NCBI GenBank assembly: GCA_963521035.1
Contig: CAUQTL010000001.1
Span: forward strand, 25,063 to 89,062
Direction of reading: 5' to 3'
From: an uncultured Streptococcus sp.
Lineage (GTDB): Bacteria > Bacillota > Bacilli > Lactobacillales > Streptococcaceae
DNA: 64,000 bases
Shown: positions 43,094-52,619 of the stretch, in pieces
How the letters are laid out: each line of letters starts with the position of its first letter
Numbering within the stretch: position 1 is the stretch's first letter
The notes under the pieces: model-generated
The model's input: only the letters and a program-made list of their open reading frames with translations
The model's database searches: none
Told to the model about the DNA's origin: nothing
Position numbers and translations under genes: made by a program

Positions 43094-43157
43094 ATAAGCA
43101 CCTAGAACAATCTAAGTGCTTTTTGATATGAGTTATTTTTGCCTTTTATATACTACG

Positions 43158-43258
43158 TGGTATAATGAACCTATCAGCAATAAAAAAAGCACGTTTGACC
43201 GTGCTAGTTTCTTGCCTGCTGAACTCGTCAAATCTTAGCCCTTTTGTGGGGCTTTTTT
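43158..43258 (+). ncRNA. Putative ~85-nt small RNA at the right end of the island
   Basis: TGGTATAAT extended -10, AGCACG/CGTGCT hairpin, CTTGCCTGCTGA motif, AGCCC...GGGCTTTTTT terminator. Confidence 0.6.
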
Positions 43259-43379
43259 GCTCCCCTTTTTGCGTACTTTGGGGGAGCAAGTATTAAAAAG
43301 TAATGTTAGTATTTTTTGTTAAAAAGCGCGTGATATAAGGGTCAGGAAGCCCTAAGGAAACCTAAAATAATAATTCTTT

Positions 43380-43397
43380 TATTATGTAGAAAAATGA
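43380..43397 (+). repeat. Right att core
   Basis: TATTATGTAGAAAAATGA, direct repeat of 28963-28980. Confidence 0.85.
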
Positions 43398-43475
43398 CTA
43401 TCATTTGTGTATGTATTTTCTGTCTCAAAAGCTATATACTGAAAATGAAACTTGTTTGAAAGAGGATACTGCACG

Positions 43476-44756
43476 ATGATTTATTCAAAAGAAATTGTTA
43501 GAGAATGGCTAGATGAAGTGGCAGAGCGAGCTAAGGACCATCCAGAGTGGGTGGATGTTTTCGAGCGTTGTTACACAGACACCTTGGACAATACGGTTGA
43601 AATCCTAGAAGATGGTTCAACCTTTGTGCTCACAGGAGATATTCCTGCTATGTGGCTTCGAGATTCGACAGCTCAACTCAGACCCTACCTTCATGTGGCT
43701 AAAAGAGATGCCCTCCTGCGTCAGACCATTGCAGGTTTGGTCAAACGTCAGATGACCTTGGTACTCAAGGATCCTTATGCCAATTCCTTCAACATTGAGG
43801 AAAACTGGAAGGGGCACCACGAGACCGACCATACAGACCTTAATGGCTGGATTTGGGAACGCAAGTACGAGGTGGACTCGCTTTGCTATCCTTTGCAGTT
43901 GGCTTATCTCCTCTGGAAAGAGACTGGCGAGACTAGTCAGTTTGATGAGACTTTTGTCGCAGCGACCAAGGAAATCCTCCATCTGTGGACGGTGGAACAA
44001 GACCACAAGAACTCTCCTTATCGTTTTGTCCGAGATACGGACCGCAAGGAAGACACCTTGGTAAATGATGGCTTTGGACCTGATTTTGCAGTGACAGGTA
44101 TGACTTGGTCAGCCTTTCGTCCGAGTGATGATTGCTGTCAGTATAGTTACTTGATTCCGTCAAATATGTTTGCAGCAGTAGTCTTGGGTTATGTGCAAGA
44201 AATCTTTACAGAATTGAATCTAGCTGATAGCGAGAGTGTCATCGCAGACGCTAAACGTCTGCAAGAAGAGATCCAAGAAGGTATCGAAAACTATGCTTAC
44301 ACCACCAACAGCAAGGGCGAAAAGATTTATGCCTTTGAAGTGGATGGTCTAGGAAATGCCAGCATCATGGATGATCCAAACGTTCCAAGTTTGTTGGCTG
44401 CGCCTTATCTGGGCTACTGCGATGTCAACGATGAAGTGTATCAATCAACTCGTCGTACCATTCTGAGCCCTGAAAATCCCTACTTCTACCAAGGAGAATA
44501 CGCTAGTGGTCTCGGAAGTTCTCATACCTTCTATCGCTATATCTGGCCAATCGCCCTTTCTATCCAAGGTTTGACAACAAGAGATAAGGCAGAGAAAAAA
44601 TTCTTGCTGGATCAGCTGGTTGCTTGCGATGGTGGTACAGGTGTTATGCACGAAAGCTTCCACGTGGATGACCCAACTCTCTACTCTCGTGAATGGTTCT
44701 CTTGGGCTAACATGATGTTCTGTGAATTGGTCTTGGATTACTTGGATATCCGCTAA
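43476..44756 (+). CDS. GH125 exo-alpha-1,6-mannosidase
   Basis: TGDIPAMWLRDS, WERKYEVDS, FRPSDD, WFSWAN. Confidence 0.93.
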   Translation: MIYSKEIVREWLDEVAERAKDHPEWVDVFERCYTDTLDNTVEILEDGSTFVLTGDIPAMWLRDSTAQLRPYLHVAKRDALLRQTIAGLVKRQMTLVLKDPYANSFNIEENWKGHHETDHTDLNGWIWERKYEVDSLCYPLQLAYLLWKETGETSQFDETFVAATKEILHLWTVEQDHKNSPYRFVRDTDRKEDTLVNDGFGPDFAVTGMTWSAFRPSDDCCQYSYLIPSNMFAAVVLGYVQEIFTELNLADSESVIADAKRLQEEIQEGIENYAYTTNSKGEKIYAFEVDGLGNASIMDDPNVPSLLAAPYLGYCDVNDEVYQSTRRTILSPENPYFYQGEYASGLGSSHTFYRYIWPIALSIQGLTTRDKAEKKFLLDQLVACDGGTGVMHESFHVDDPTLYSREWFSWANMMFCELVLDYLDIR

Positions 44757-44869
44757 TACTCTTCGAAAATCTCTTCAAACCACGTCAGCTTTATCTGCAA
44801 CCTCAAAGCTGTGCTTTGAGCAACCTGCGGCTAGCTTCCTAGTTTGCTCTTTGATTTTCATTGAGTATA
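44754..44869 (-). repeat. BOX element with internal deletion
   Basis: Reverse-complement boxA and boxC ends with shortened middle. Confidence 0.85.
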
Positions 44870-44967
44870 AGGAGCTCGCTTTCGCTTCACTGATTCTTGT
44901 CAGAATCACAAATTTACATTTAAAACGTTAACAATAAAAATTTAAATTTAGAATGAGGTTTTACTTC

Positions 44968-47613
44968 ATGGAAAATGTTGTCGTACATATTATCTCACAT
45001 AGTCACTGGGATCGTGAGTGGTACTTGCCTTTTGAAAGCCACCGTATGCAGTTGGTGGAATTATTTGACAATCTCTTCGATCTCTTTGAAAATGACCCTG
45101 AGTTCAAGAGCTTTCACTTAGATGGTCAAACCATTGTCCTTGATGACTACTTGGAGATTCGCCCTGAGAATCGCGACAAAGTCCAACGATATATTGACGA
45201 AGGCAAACTTAAAATTGGTCCTTTTTACATCTTGCAAGATGACTACTTGATTTCAAGTGAAGCCAATGTCCGTAATACTCTTATCGGTCAGCAGGAGGCT
45301 GCAAAATGGGGCAAATCAACTCAGATTGGTTACTTCCCAGATACCTTTGGAAATATGGGGCAAGCGCCTCAAATCCTTCAAAAATCAGGCATTCACGTGG
45401 CAGCCTTCGGTCGTGGTGTGAAGCCGATTGGGTTTGATAACCAAGTCCTCGAAGATGAGCAGTTTACTTCCCAGTTTTCAGAAATGTACTGGCAGGGTGC
45501 GGATGGTAGCCGTGTCCTCGGTATCCTCTTTGCCAACTGGTACAGTAATGGGAATGAAATTCCAGTTGACAAGGACGAGGCCTTGACCTTCTGGAAACAA
45601 AAACTGGCAGAAGTGCGTGACTACGCTTCGACCAACCAGTGGTTGATGATGAACGGCTGTGACCACCAGCCTGTTCAGAAAAATTTGAGTGAAGCCATTC
45701 GTGTGGCAAATGAACTCTTCCCAGATGTAACCTTTGTTCATAGTTCTTTTGATGAATATGTCCAAGCCGTGGAAAGTGCCCTACCAGAGCAGTTATCAAC
45801 GGTTATAGGTGAGTTGACCAGTCAGGAAACAGACGGCTGGTACACACTTGCCAACACTTCTTCATCTCGTATTTATCTCAAACAAGCCTTCCAAGAAAAT
45901 AGCAACCTCCTAGAGCAAGTTGTAGAACCCTTGACGATTATCACTGGCGGTCATAACCACAAGGACCAGTTGACCTATGCTTGGAAAACTCTTTTGCAAA
46001 ATGCGCCGCATGATAGCATTTGTGGTTGTAGCGTGGACGAAGTTCATCGTGAGATGGAAACTCGTTTTGCCAAGGTTAATCAAGTCGGAAACTTTGTTAA
46101 GAGCAATCTTCTTAACGAGTGGAAGGGTAAAATTGCTACGGCTAAGGCTCAAAGTGACTATCTCTTTACTGTCATTAACACAGGCTTGCATGATAAGGTT
46201 GATACTGTCAGCACAGTGATTGATGTTGCGACTTGTGATTTCAAGGAATTGCACCCAACAGAGGGTTACAAGAAGATGGCTGCTCTTACCTTGCCAAGCT
46301 ACCGTGTGGAGGACTTGGATGGTCGTCCTGTAGAGGCTAAAATCGAAGATCTCGGAGCTAATTTTGAGTATGATTTACCAAAAGATAAGTTCCGCCAAGC
46401 TCGTATTGCTCGTCAAGTGCGCGTGACCATTCCAGTTCACCTAGCGCCACTTTCTTGGACAACCTTCCAATTGCTGGAAGGAGAACAAGAACACCGCGAA
46501 GGCATTTACCAAAACGGGGTGATTGATACACCGTTTGTAACGGTAAGTGTGGATGACAATATCACAGTCTATGACAAGACAACTCACGAAGCCTATGAAG
46601 ATTTTATCCGCTTCGAAGACCGTGGTGACATCGGAAACGAGTATATCTATTTCCAACCCAAAGGAACAGAGCCAATCTATGCAGAGCTTAAGGGCTACGA
46701 GGTCTTGGAAAACACAGCTCGCTATGCTAAAATTTTGCTCAAACATGAATTGACTGTACCTGTCAGTGCGGATGAAAAGCTAGAAGAAGAGCAAAAAGGT
46801 ATCATCGAGTTCATGAAGCGTGAAGCTGGACGTTCAGAAGAGTTAACAAGTATTCCTCTGGAAACTGAGATGACTGTCTTCGTTGATAATCCACAAATCC
46901 GTTGCAAGACTCGCTTTACTAACACTGCCAAGGATCACCGTATCCGTCTCTTGGTCAAGACTCATAACACGCGTCCAAGCAATGATTCTGAAAGCATCTA
47001 TGAGGTGGTGACACGACCAAACAAACCAGCAGCTTCATGGGAAAATCCTGAAAATCCTCAACACCAACAAGCCTTTGTCAGTCTGTATGACGATGAAAAA
47101 GGGGTGACTGTATCCAACAAGGGATTAAATGAATACGAAATCCTTGGAGACGACACCATTGCAGTGACTATTTTGCGTGCATCAGGTGAGCTAGGTGACT
47201 GGGGTTACTTCCCAACACCAGAAGCTCAATGCTTGCGTGAGTTTGAAGTTGAGTTTGCGCTTGAATGCCACCAAGCCCAAGAACGCTTCTCAGCTTTCCG
47301 TCGTGCTAAGGCCTTGCAGACACCATTTACCAGCCTTCAGCTTGCTAGACAGGAAGGAAGCGTGGCTGCGACTGGTAGCCTCTTGAGCCATTCTGTTCTC
47401 AGCATACCACAAATCTGTCCAACAGCCTTTAAGGTAGCTGAAAATGAGGAGGGCTATGTTCTTCGTTACTACAATATGTGTAGTGAAAATGTACGTGTAC
47501 CGGAAAGCCAACATCTCTTCCTTGACCTACTTGAACGACCATACCCAGTTCATAGAGGCCTCATTTCACCACAAGAGATTCGTACAGAATTCATCAAAAA
47601 AGAAGAAATTTAA
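44968..47613 (+). CDS. GH38 alpha-mannosidase
   Basis: HSHWDREWY, LDGQ, PDTFG, NGCDHQ, HDSICGCS. Confidence 0.95.
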   Translation: MENVVVHIISHSHWDREWYLPFESHRMQLVELFDNLFDLFENDPEFKSFHLDGQTIVLDDYLEIRPENRDKVQRYIDEGKLKIGPFYILQDDYLISSEANVRNTLIGQQEAAKWGKSTQIGYFPDTFGNMGQAPQILQKSGIHVAAFGRGVKPIGFDNQVLEDEQFTSQFSEMYWQGADGSRVLGILFANWYSNGNEIPVDKDEALTFWKQKLAEVRDYASTNQWLMMNGCDHQPVQKNLSEAIRVANELFPDVTFVHSSFDEYVQAVESALPEQLSTVIGELTSQETDGWYTLANTSSSRIYLKQAFQENSNLLEQVVEPLTIITGGHNHKDQLTYAWKTLLQNAPHDSICGCSVDEVHREMETRFAKVNQVGNFVKSNLLNEWKGKIATAKAQSDYLFTVINTGLHDKVDTVSTVIDVATCDFKELHPTEGYKKMAALTLPSYRVEDLDGRPVEAKIEDLGANFEYDLPKDKFRQARIARQVRVTIPVHLAPLSWTTFQLLEGEQEHREGIYQNGVIDTPFVTVSVDDNITVYDKTTHEAYEDFIRFEDRGDIGNEYIYFQPKGTEPIYAELKGYEVLENTARYAKILLKHELTVPVSADEKLEEEQKGIIEFMKREAGRSEELTSIPLETEMTVFVDNPQIRCKTRFTNTAKDHRIRLLVKTHNTRPSNDSESIYEVVTRPNKPAASWENPENPQHQQAFVSLYDDEKGVTVSNKGLNEYEILGDDTIAVTILRASGELGDWGYFPTPEAQCLREFEVEFALECHQAQERFSAFRRAKALQTPFTSLQLARQEGSVAATGSLLSHSVLSIPQICPTAFKVAENEEGYVLRYYNMCSENVRVPESQHLFLDLLERPYPVHRGLISPQEIRTEFIKKEEI

Positions 47614-47695
47614 TTTCAAAAAGTAAACATAAAGAGAAAGGAGGGGCGAAAAAGTAAGAACTAACTGCTGATTCGCCCCTTTTATGGTAAAAACA

Positions 47696-48565
47696 ATGAC
47701 CATTGCAACGATTGATATCGGAGGGACTGGGATTAAGTTTGCCAGTCTGACTCCTGATGGGAAAATACTGAATAAGACAAGCATTCCAACGCCTGAAAGT
47801 TTGGAGGATTTACTAGCTTGGTTAGACCAGCGCTTGTCAGAGCAGGATTACAGTGGGATTGCTTTGAGCGTTCCAGGCGCGGTCAATCAAGAAACAGGTG
47901 TGATTGATGGTTTCAGTGCCGTGCCCTACATCCACGGATTTTCTTGGTATGAGGCGCTTGCTCATCATCAGCTACCTGTCCATCTAGAAAATGATGCCAA
48001 CTGTGTTGGACTCAGTGAATTACTAGCACATCCAGAGATTGAAAATGCAGCCTGTGTCGTGATTGGGACAGGGATTGGCGGAGCCATGATTATCAATGGT
48101 AGACTTCATCGAGGTCGCCACGGCCTGGGTGGAGAATTTGGCTACATGACCACCCTTGCCCCTGCTGAAAAGCTCAACAACTGGTCGCAACTAGCGTCAA
48201 CTGGGAATATGGTACGCTACGTGATTGAAAAATCTGGTCAGACTGATTGGGACGGTCGCAAGATTTACCAAGAGGCCGAAGCAGGAAATGCCCTTTGTCA
48301 AGAAGCCATTGAGCGCATGAACCGCAATCTGGCGCAAGGCTTGCTCAATATCCAATATCTCATCGACCCAGATGTCATCAGTCTGGGAGGCTCTATCAGT
48401 CAAAATCCAGATTTTATTCAAGGTGTCAAGAAGGCTGTTGATAACTTTGTCGATACCTACGAAGAATACACGGTCGCACCAGTTATCCAAGCTTGCACCT
48501 ATCATGCAGATGCCAATCTCTACGGAGCCCTTGTCAACTGGCTACAGGAGGAAAATCAATGGTAA
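47696..48565 (+). CDS. ROK-family sugar kinase
   Basis: IDIGGT, ENDANC, GTGIGG, GEFG. Confidence 0.9.
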   Translation: MTIATIDIGGTGIKFASLTPDGKILNKTSIPTPESLEDLLAWLDQRLSEQDYSGIALSVPGAVNQETGVIDGFSAVPYIHGFSWYEALAHHQLPVHLENDANCVGLSELLAHPEIENAACVVIGTGIGGAMIINGRLHRGRHGLGGEFGYMTTLAPAEKLNNWSQLASTGNMVRYVIEKSGQTDWDGRKIYQEAEAGNALCQEAIERMNRNLAQGLLNIQYLIDPDVISLGGSISQNPDFIQGVKKAVDNFVDTYEEYTVAPVIQACTYHADANLYGALVNWLQEENQW

Positions 48566-50439
48566 GATTTACAGGACTTAGTTCCAAACAAACTCAGGCA
48601 ATTGACTTGCTGATAAAGCACATTCCGCTACCAGAGGTAGAGGTAGCTATCGCTCAATCTGACCAAGCTTCTATCTCTATCAAGGGTGAGGGTGGCCACT
48701 ATCAATTGACCTACCGCAAACCCCACCAACTTTATCGTGCCTTGTCCTTGTTGGCAACAGCTCTAGTAGAAGGTGATAAAGTAGAGATTGAAGAGAAGGC
48801 GGCTTATGAAGATTTAGCCTACATGGCTGACTGTTCGCGCAATGCGGTGCTGAATGTGGCTGCTGCCAAGCAGATGATTGAGGTCTTGGCTCTCATGGGC
48901 TACTCAACCTTTGAGCTCTACATGGAAGACACCTACCAAATTGAAGGGCAGCCTTACTTTGGCTATTTCCGTGGAGCCTACTCCGCTGAGGAGTTGCAGG
49001 AAATTGAAGCCTATGCCCAGCAGTTTGACATGACCTTTGTGCCCTGCATCCAGACCTTGGCCCACTTGTCAGCCTTTGTCAAATGGGGTGTCAAAGAAGT
49101 CCAGGAGCTCCGTGATGTGGAGGATATTCTTCTCATCGGCGAAGAAAAGGTTTATGACCTGATTGATGGCATGTTTGCTACCCTATCTAAACTGAAGACT
49201 CGCAAGGTCAATATTGGGATGGACGAAGCCCACTTGGTTGGTTTGGGACGCTACTTGATTCTGAACGGTGTTGTGGATCGTAGTCTCCTCATGTGCCAAC
49301 ACTTGGAGCGCGTGCTAGATATTGCTGACAAATATGGTTTCCACTGCCAGATGTGGAGCGATATGTTCTTTAAACTTATGTCAGCAGATGGCCAGTACGA
49401 CCGTGATGTGGAAATTCCAGAAGAAACTCGTGTCTACCTAGACCGTCTCAAAGACCGAGTGACTTTGGTTTACTGGGACTATTATCAGGATAGCGAGGAA
49501 AAATACAACCGTAACTTTAGTAACCACCACAAGATTAGTCATGACCTTGCCTTTGCGGGGGGTGCTTGGAAGTGGATTGGTTTCACACCCAACAACCATT
49601 TCAGCCGTCTCATCGCTCTTGAAGCCAATAAAGCCTGTCGTGCCAATGACATCAAAGAAGTCATCGTGACGGGTTGGGGGGACAATGGTGGTGAGACCGC
49701 TCAGTTTTCTATCCTACCAAGTTTGCAAATCTGGGCAGAACTCAGCTATCGCAATGACCTAGACCGACTGTCTGCTCATTTCCAGACCAATACAGGTCTA
49801 TCGGTTGAAGATTTTATGCAGATTGACCTTGCCAACCTCTTGCCAGACTTGCCAGGCAATCTCAGTGGCATCAATCCCAACCGCTATGTCTTTTATCAGG
49901 ATGTTCTCTGTCCGATCCTTGACCGACACATGACACCTGAACAGGACAAACCGCACTTCGCTCAGGCTGCTGAGACGCTTGCTAACATTAAAGAAAAAGC
50001 TGGCAACTATGCCTACCTCTTTGAAACTCAGGCCCAGTTGAACCAGATTTTAAGTAGCAAAGTGGATGTGGGACGACGCATTCGTCAGGCCTATCAAGTA
50101 AACGATAAGGAAAGCCTGCAAGAAATCGCAAGACAAGAATTACCAGAACTCAGAAGCCAAATTGAAGACTTCCATGCCCTCTTTAGCCACCAATGGCTGA
50201 AAGAAAACAAGGTCTTTGGTTTGGATACGGTCGATATCCGTATGGGCGGACTCTTGCAACGCATCAAACGCGCAGAAAGTCGCATCGAGGCTTATCTGGC
50301 AGGTCAGCTGGACCGTATCGATGAGCTAGAAGTGGAAATCCTGCCATTTACTGACTTTTACACAGATAAGGACTTCGCAGCCACAACAGCCAACCAGTGG
50401 CATACTATTGCGACAGCTTCAACGATTTACACGACATAA
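48559..50439 (+). CDS. GH20 beta-N-acetylhexosaminidase
   Basis: DCSRNAV, IQTLAH, IGMDEAH, WGDNG. Confidence 0.92.
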   Translation: MVRFTGLSSKQTQAIDLLIKHIPLPEVEVAIAQSDQASISIKGEGGHYQLTYRKPHQLYRALSLLATALVEGDKVEIEEKAAYEDLAYMADCSRNAVLNVAAAKQMIEVLALMGYSTFELYMEDTYQIEGQPYFGYFRGAYSAEELQEIEAYAQQFDMTFVPCIQTLAHLSAFVKWGVKEVQELRDVEDILLIGEEKVYDLIDGMFATLSKLKTRKVNIGMDEAHLVGLGRYLILNGVVDRSLLMCQHLERVLDIADKYGFHCQMWSDMFFKLMSADGQYDRDVEIPEETRVYLDRLKDRVTLVYWDYYQDSEEKYNRNFSNHHKISHDLAFAGGAWKWIGFTPNNHFSRLIALEANKACRANDIKEVIVTGWGDNGGETAQFSILPSLQIWAELSYRNDLDRLSAHFQTNTGLSVEDFMQIDLANLLPDLPGNLSGINPNRYVFYQDVLCPILDRHMTPEQDKPHFAQAAETLANIKEKAGNYAYLFETQAQLNQILSSKVDVGRRIRQAYQVNDKESLQEIARQELPELRSQIEDFHALFSHQWLKENKVFGLDTVDIRMGGLLQRIKRAESRIEAYLAGQLDRIDELEVEILPFTDFYTDKDFAATTANQWHTIATASTIYTT

Positions 50440-50570
50440 AAAACAAGAACACCTTGCATTGGGCAGAGTGTTTCTCGTGAAACATCCCTTTCTTAAAAAA
50501 GTACTCCACATAAAATAATTTGTGGAGTTTTTTCTATAATTAGTAGTTTAACCTAACCTTCAAATAGGAG

Positions 50571-50595
50571 TATACTAATAATGTAATCGTTATCA
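50571..50595 (+). promoter_or_regulatory. -10 and cre site of N-glycan ABC operon
   Basis: TATACT followed by TGTAATCGTTATCA (50582-50595). Confidence 0.7.
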
Positions 50596-50649
50596 AAAGT
50601 CTAAAAAGGAATTTTTAGATGGATATCAAAATAAAAAAGGGAGGAAATT

Positions 50650-51579
50650 ATGAATAAGTTTTCAAAAACCTTGAGAGACAACTGGATCTTTCTCTTGATG
50701 GTTTTGCCAGGGGCACTCTGGTTGATTCTATTCTTCTACATTCCAGTATTTGGGAACGTGGTTGCCTTTAAAGACTACCACATGACCAGTAATGGATTTA
50801 TAGATAGTATCGTGAATAGTAAATGGGTCGGACTCGATAATTTCAGATTCTTGTTTAGTTCAAAAGACGCCTTTATTATCACACGAAATACTGTCCTCTA
50901 CAATCTAGGCTTTATCTTTATCGGTTTGATTGTATCAGTAGGGATTGCCATCATCTTAAGTGAACTCCGTTCTAAGAGAATGGTTAAGATCTTCCAAACT
51001 TCTATGTTGTTCCCTTACTTCTTGTCTTGGGTTATCATCAGTTTCTTTACAGATGCCTTCCTAAACATTGATAAAGGGGTGTTCAACCATTTCCTAGAAT
51101 CTATTGGAATGAAGGAAATCAATTTCTACGCTGATTTGGGTATCTGGCCATATCTCCTACTTTTCCTAGGTATTTGGAAAGGCTTTGGATATAGCAGTGT
51201 CATGTACTATGCGACAATCATGGGAATTGATCCAACCTACTACGAAGCAGCGACAGTGGACGGAGCTAGCAAATGGCAACGAATTCGCAATGTAACCATT
51301 CCGCAGTTGACACCATTGGTAACTGTATTGACCATCCTTGCAGTCGGAAACATCTTCCGTGCAGACTTTGGTCTCTTCTACCAAATCCCCCACAATGCTG
51401 GTCAGCTTTATAACGTAACCAACGTCTTGGATGTATATGTTTATAACGGTTTGACTCAGACAGCGGATATCGGGATGGCTTCAGCAGCAGGTCTCTACCA
51501 ATCAGTTGTCGGCTTGATTCTGGTTATCCTATCAAACTTACTTGCAAGACGAGTTGATCCAAACTCAGCCTTGTTCTAG
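50650..51579 (+). CDS. Carbohydrate ABC permease (N-glycan importer)
   Basis: WVGLDNF, YEAATVDGA EAA loop; locus context. Confidence 0.9.
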   Translation: MNKFSKTLRDNWIFLLMVLPGALWLILFFYIPVFGNVVAFKDYHMTSNGFIDSIVNSKWVGLDNFRFLFSSKDAFIITRNTVLYNLGFIFIGLIVSVGIAIILSELRSKRMVKIFQTSMLFPYFLSWVIISFFTDAFLNIDKGVFNHFLESIGMKEINFYADLGIWPYLLLFLGIWKGFGYSSVMYYATIMGIDPTYYEAATVDGASKWQRIRNVTIPQLTPLVTVLTILAVGNIFRADFGLFYQIPHNAGQLYNVTNVLDVYVYNGLTQTADIGMASAAGLYQSVVGLILVILSNLLARRVDPNSALF

Positions 51580-51592
51580 AAAGGAGGAGAAT

Positions 51593-52516
51593 ATGGCAGA
51601 AAAGAAAATTAAAAAAGAAAAAATTGATAATGTCGGCATTCACTCCTTCAGTAAGAAAGCAGATATCTTCTTTAGTACCATTTCTGGTTTGGTTGCCCTC
51701 TCTTGTATCCTACCCTTTGTATTCGTTATTGTTATCTCTGTGACAGATGAAAAGAGTATCCTCCAAAATGGATATAGCTTCTTCCCATCTCAATTTGGCT
51801 TAGACGGTTTTGAGTTCTTGGCACAATTTAAGGATAAAATTCTCCAAGCCCTCTTCATCTCAGTCTTTGTAACAGTGGTGGGGACTATCACAAACGTTTT
51901 TATCACAACAACTTATGCCTACGCTATTTCACGGACAACCTTTAAGTATCGCAGATTCTTTACGATTTTTGCCCTTCTTAGTATGTTGTTTAACGCGGGT
52001 TTGGTACCGGGCTATATCGTGGTAACTCGTTTACTTCAACTTGGTGATACAGTTTGGGCCTTGATTGTTCCAATGCTTCTCTCACCATTTAACATCATCT
52101 TGATGCGTTCCTTCTTCAAGAAGACCATTCCAGAAGCCATTCTAGAATCCGCTCGTATCGATGGTGCTAGTGAGGCCCGGATTTTCTTCCAAATCTGTTT
52201 GCCATTGTCATTACCAGGTATCGCAACCATCACGCTTTTGACAGCTCTTGGTTTCTGGAATGACTGGTTCAACGCCCTTCTTTACATCAAGAGTGACAAC
52301 TTGTATCCATTGCAATATTTGCTCATGCAAATCCAGCAAAATATGGATTACATCGCCAAAGCAGTCGGTCTATCTGGTCAACTGGGAGTTGCTCTTCCAA
52401 AAGAAACAGGTCGTATGGCCATGGTTGTGGTCGCAACCCTTCCAATCGCGATTCTGTATCCATTCTTCCAACGCTACTTTGTAAAAGGTTTGACTATCGG
52501 TGGTGTGAAAGAATAG
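51593..52516 (+). CDS. Carbohydrate ABC permease (N-glycan importer)
   Basis: ESARIDGA, YPFFQRYFVKG. Confidence 0.9.
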   Translation: MAEKKIKKEKIDNVGIHSFSKKADIFFSTISGLVALSCILPFVFVIVISVTDEKSILQNGYSFFPSQFGLDGFEFLAQFKDKILQALFISVFVTVVGTITNVFITTTYAYAISRTTFKYRRFFTIFALLSMLFNAGLVPGYIVVTRLLQLGDTVWALIVPMLLSPFNIILMRSFFKKTIPEAILESARIDGASEARIFFQICLPLSLPGIATITLLTALGFWNDWFNALLYIKSDNLYPLQYLLMQIQQNMDYIAKAVGLSGQLGVALPKETGRMAMVVVATLPIAILYPFFQRYFVKGLTIGGVKE

Positions 52517-52619
52517 CGCTTGTCGAGAAAAATCATTTCTCATTTCCAAACTTCCCTTGCGTGAAGTTAAGATCATTACATTGTTTATAAGTTTAAAAAT
52601 AAAAAAAGGAGTTTTTGTC

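Larger units (their letters stand above)
28963..43397. mobile_element. Phage satellite / PICI-like chromosomal island (about 14.4 kb)
   Basis: Terminal direct repeat, tyrosine integrase, divergent repressor/cro, antirepressor-type genes, primase-helicase plus iteron origin; no capsid, tail or lysis genes. Confidence 0.92.

Noticed and set aside
28963..43397. Complete or decayed prophage
   Set aside because: No capsid, portal, tail or lysis genes; intact compact PICI-like organisation with both att sites
44722..44931. 69-aa ORF
   Set aside because: Reads through a BOX element and overlaps GH125
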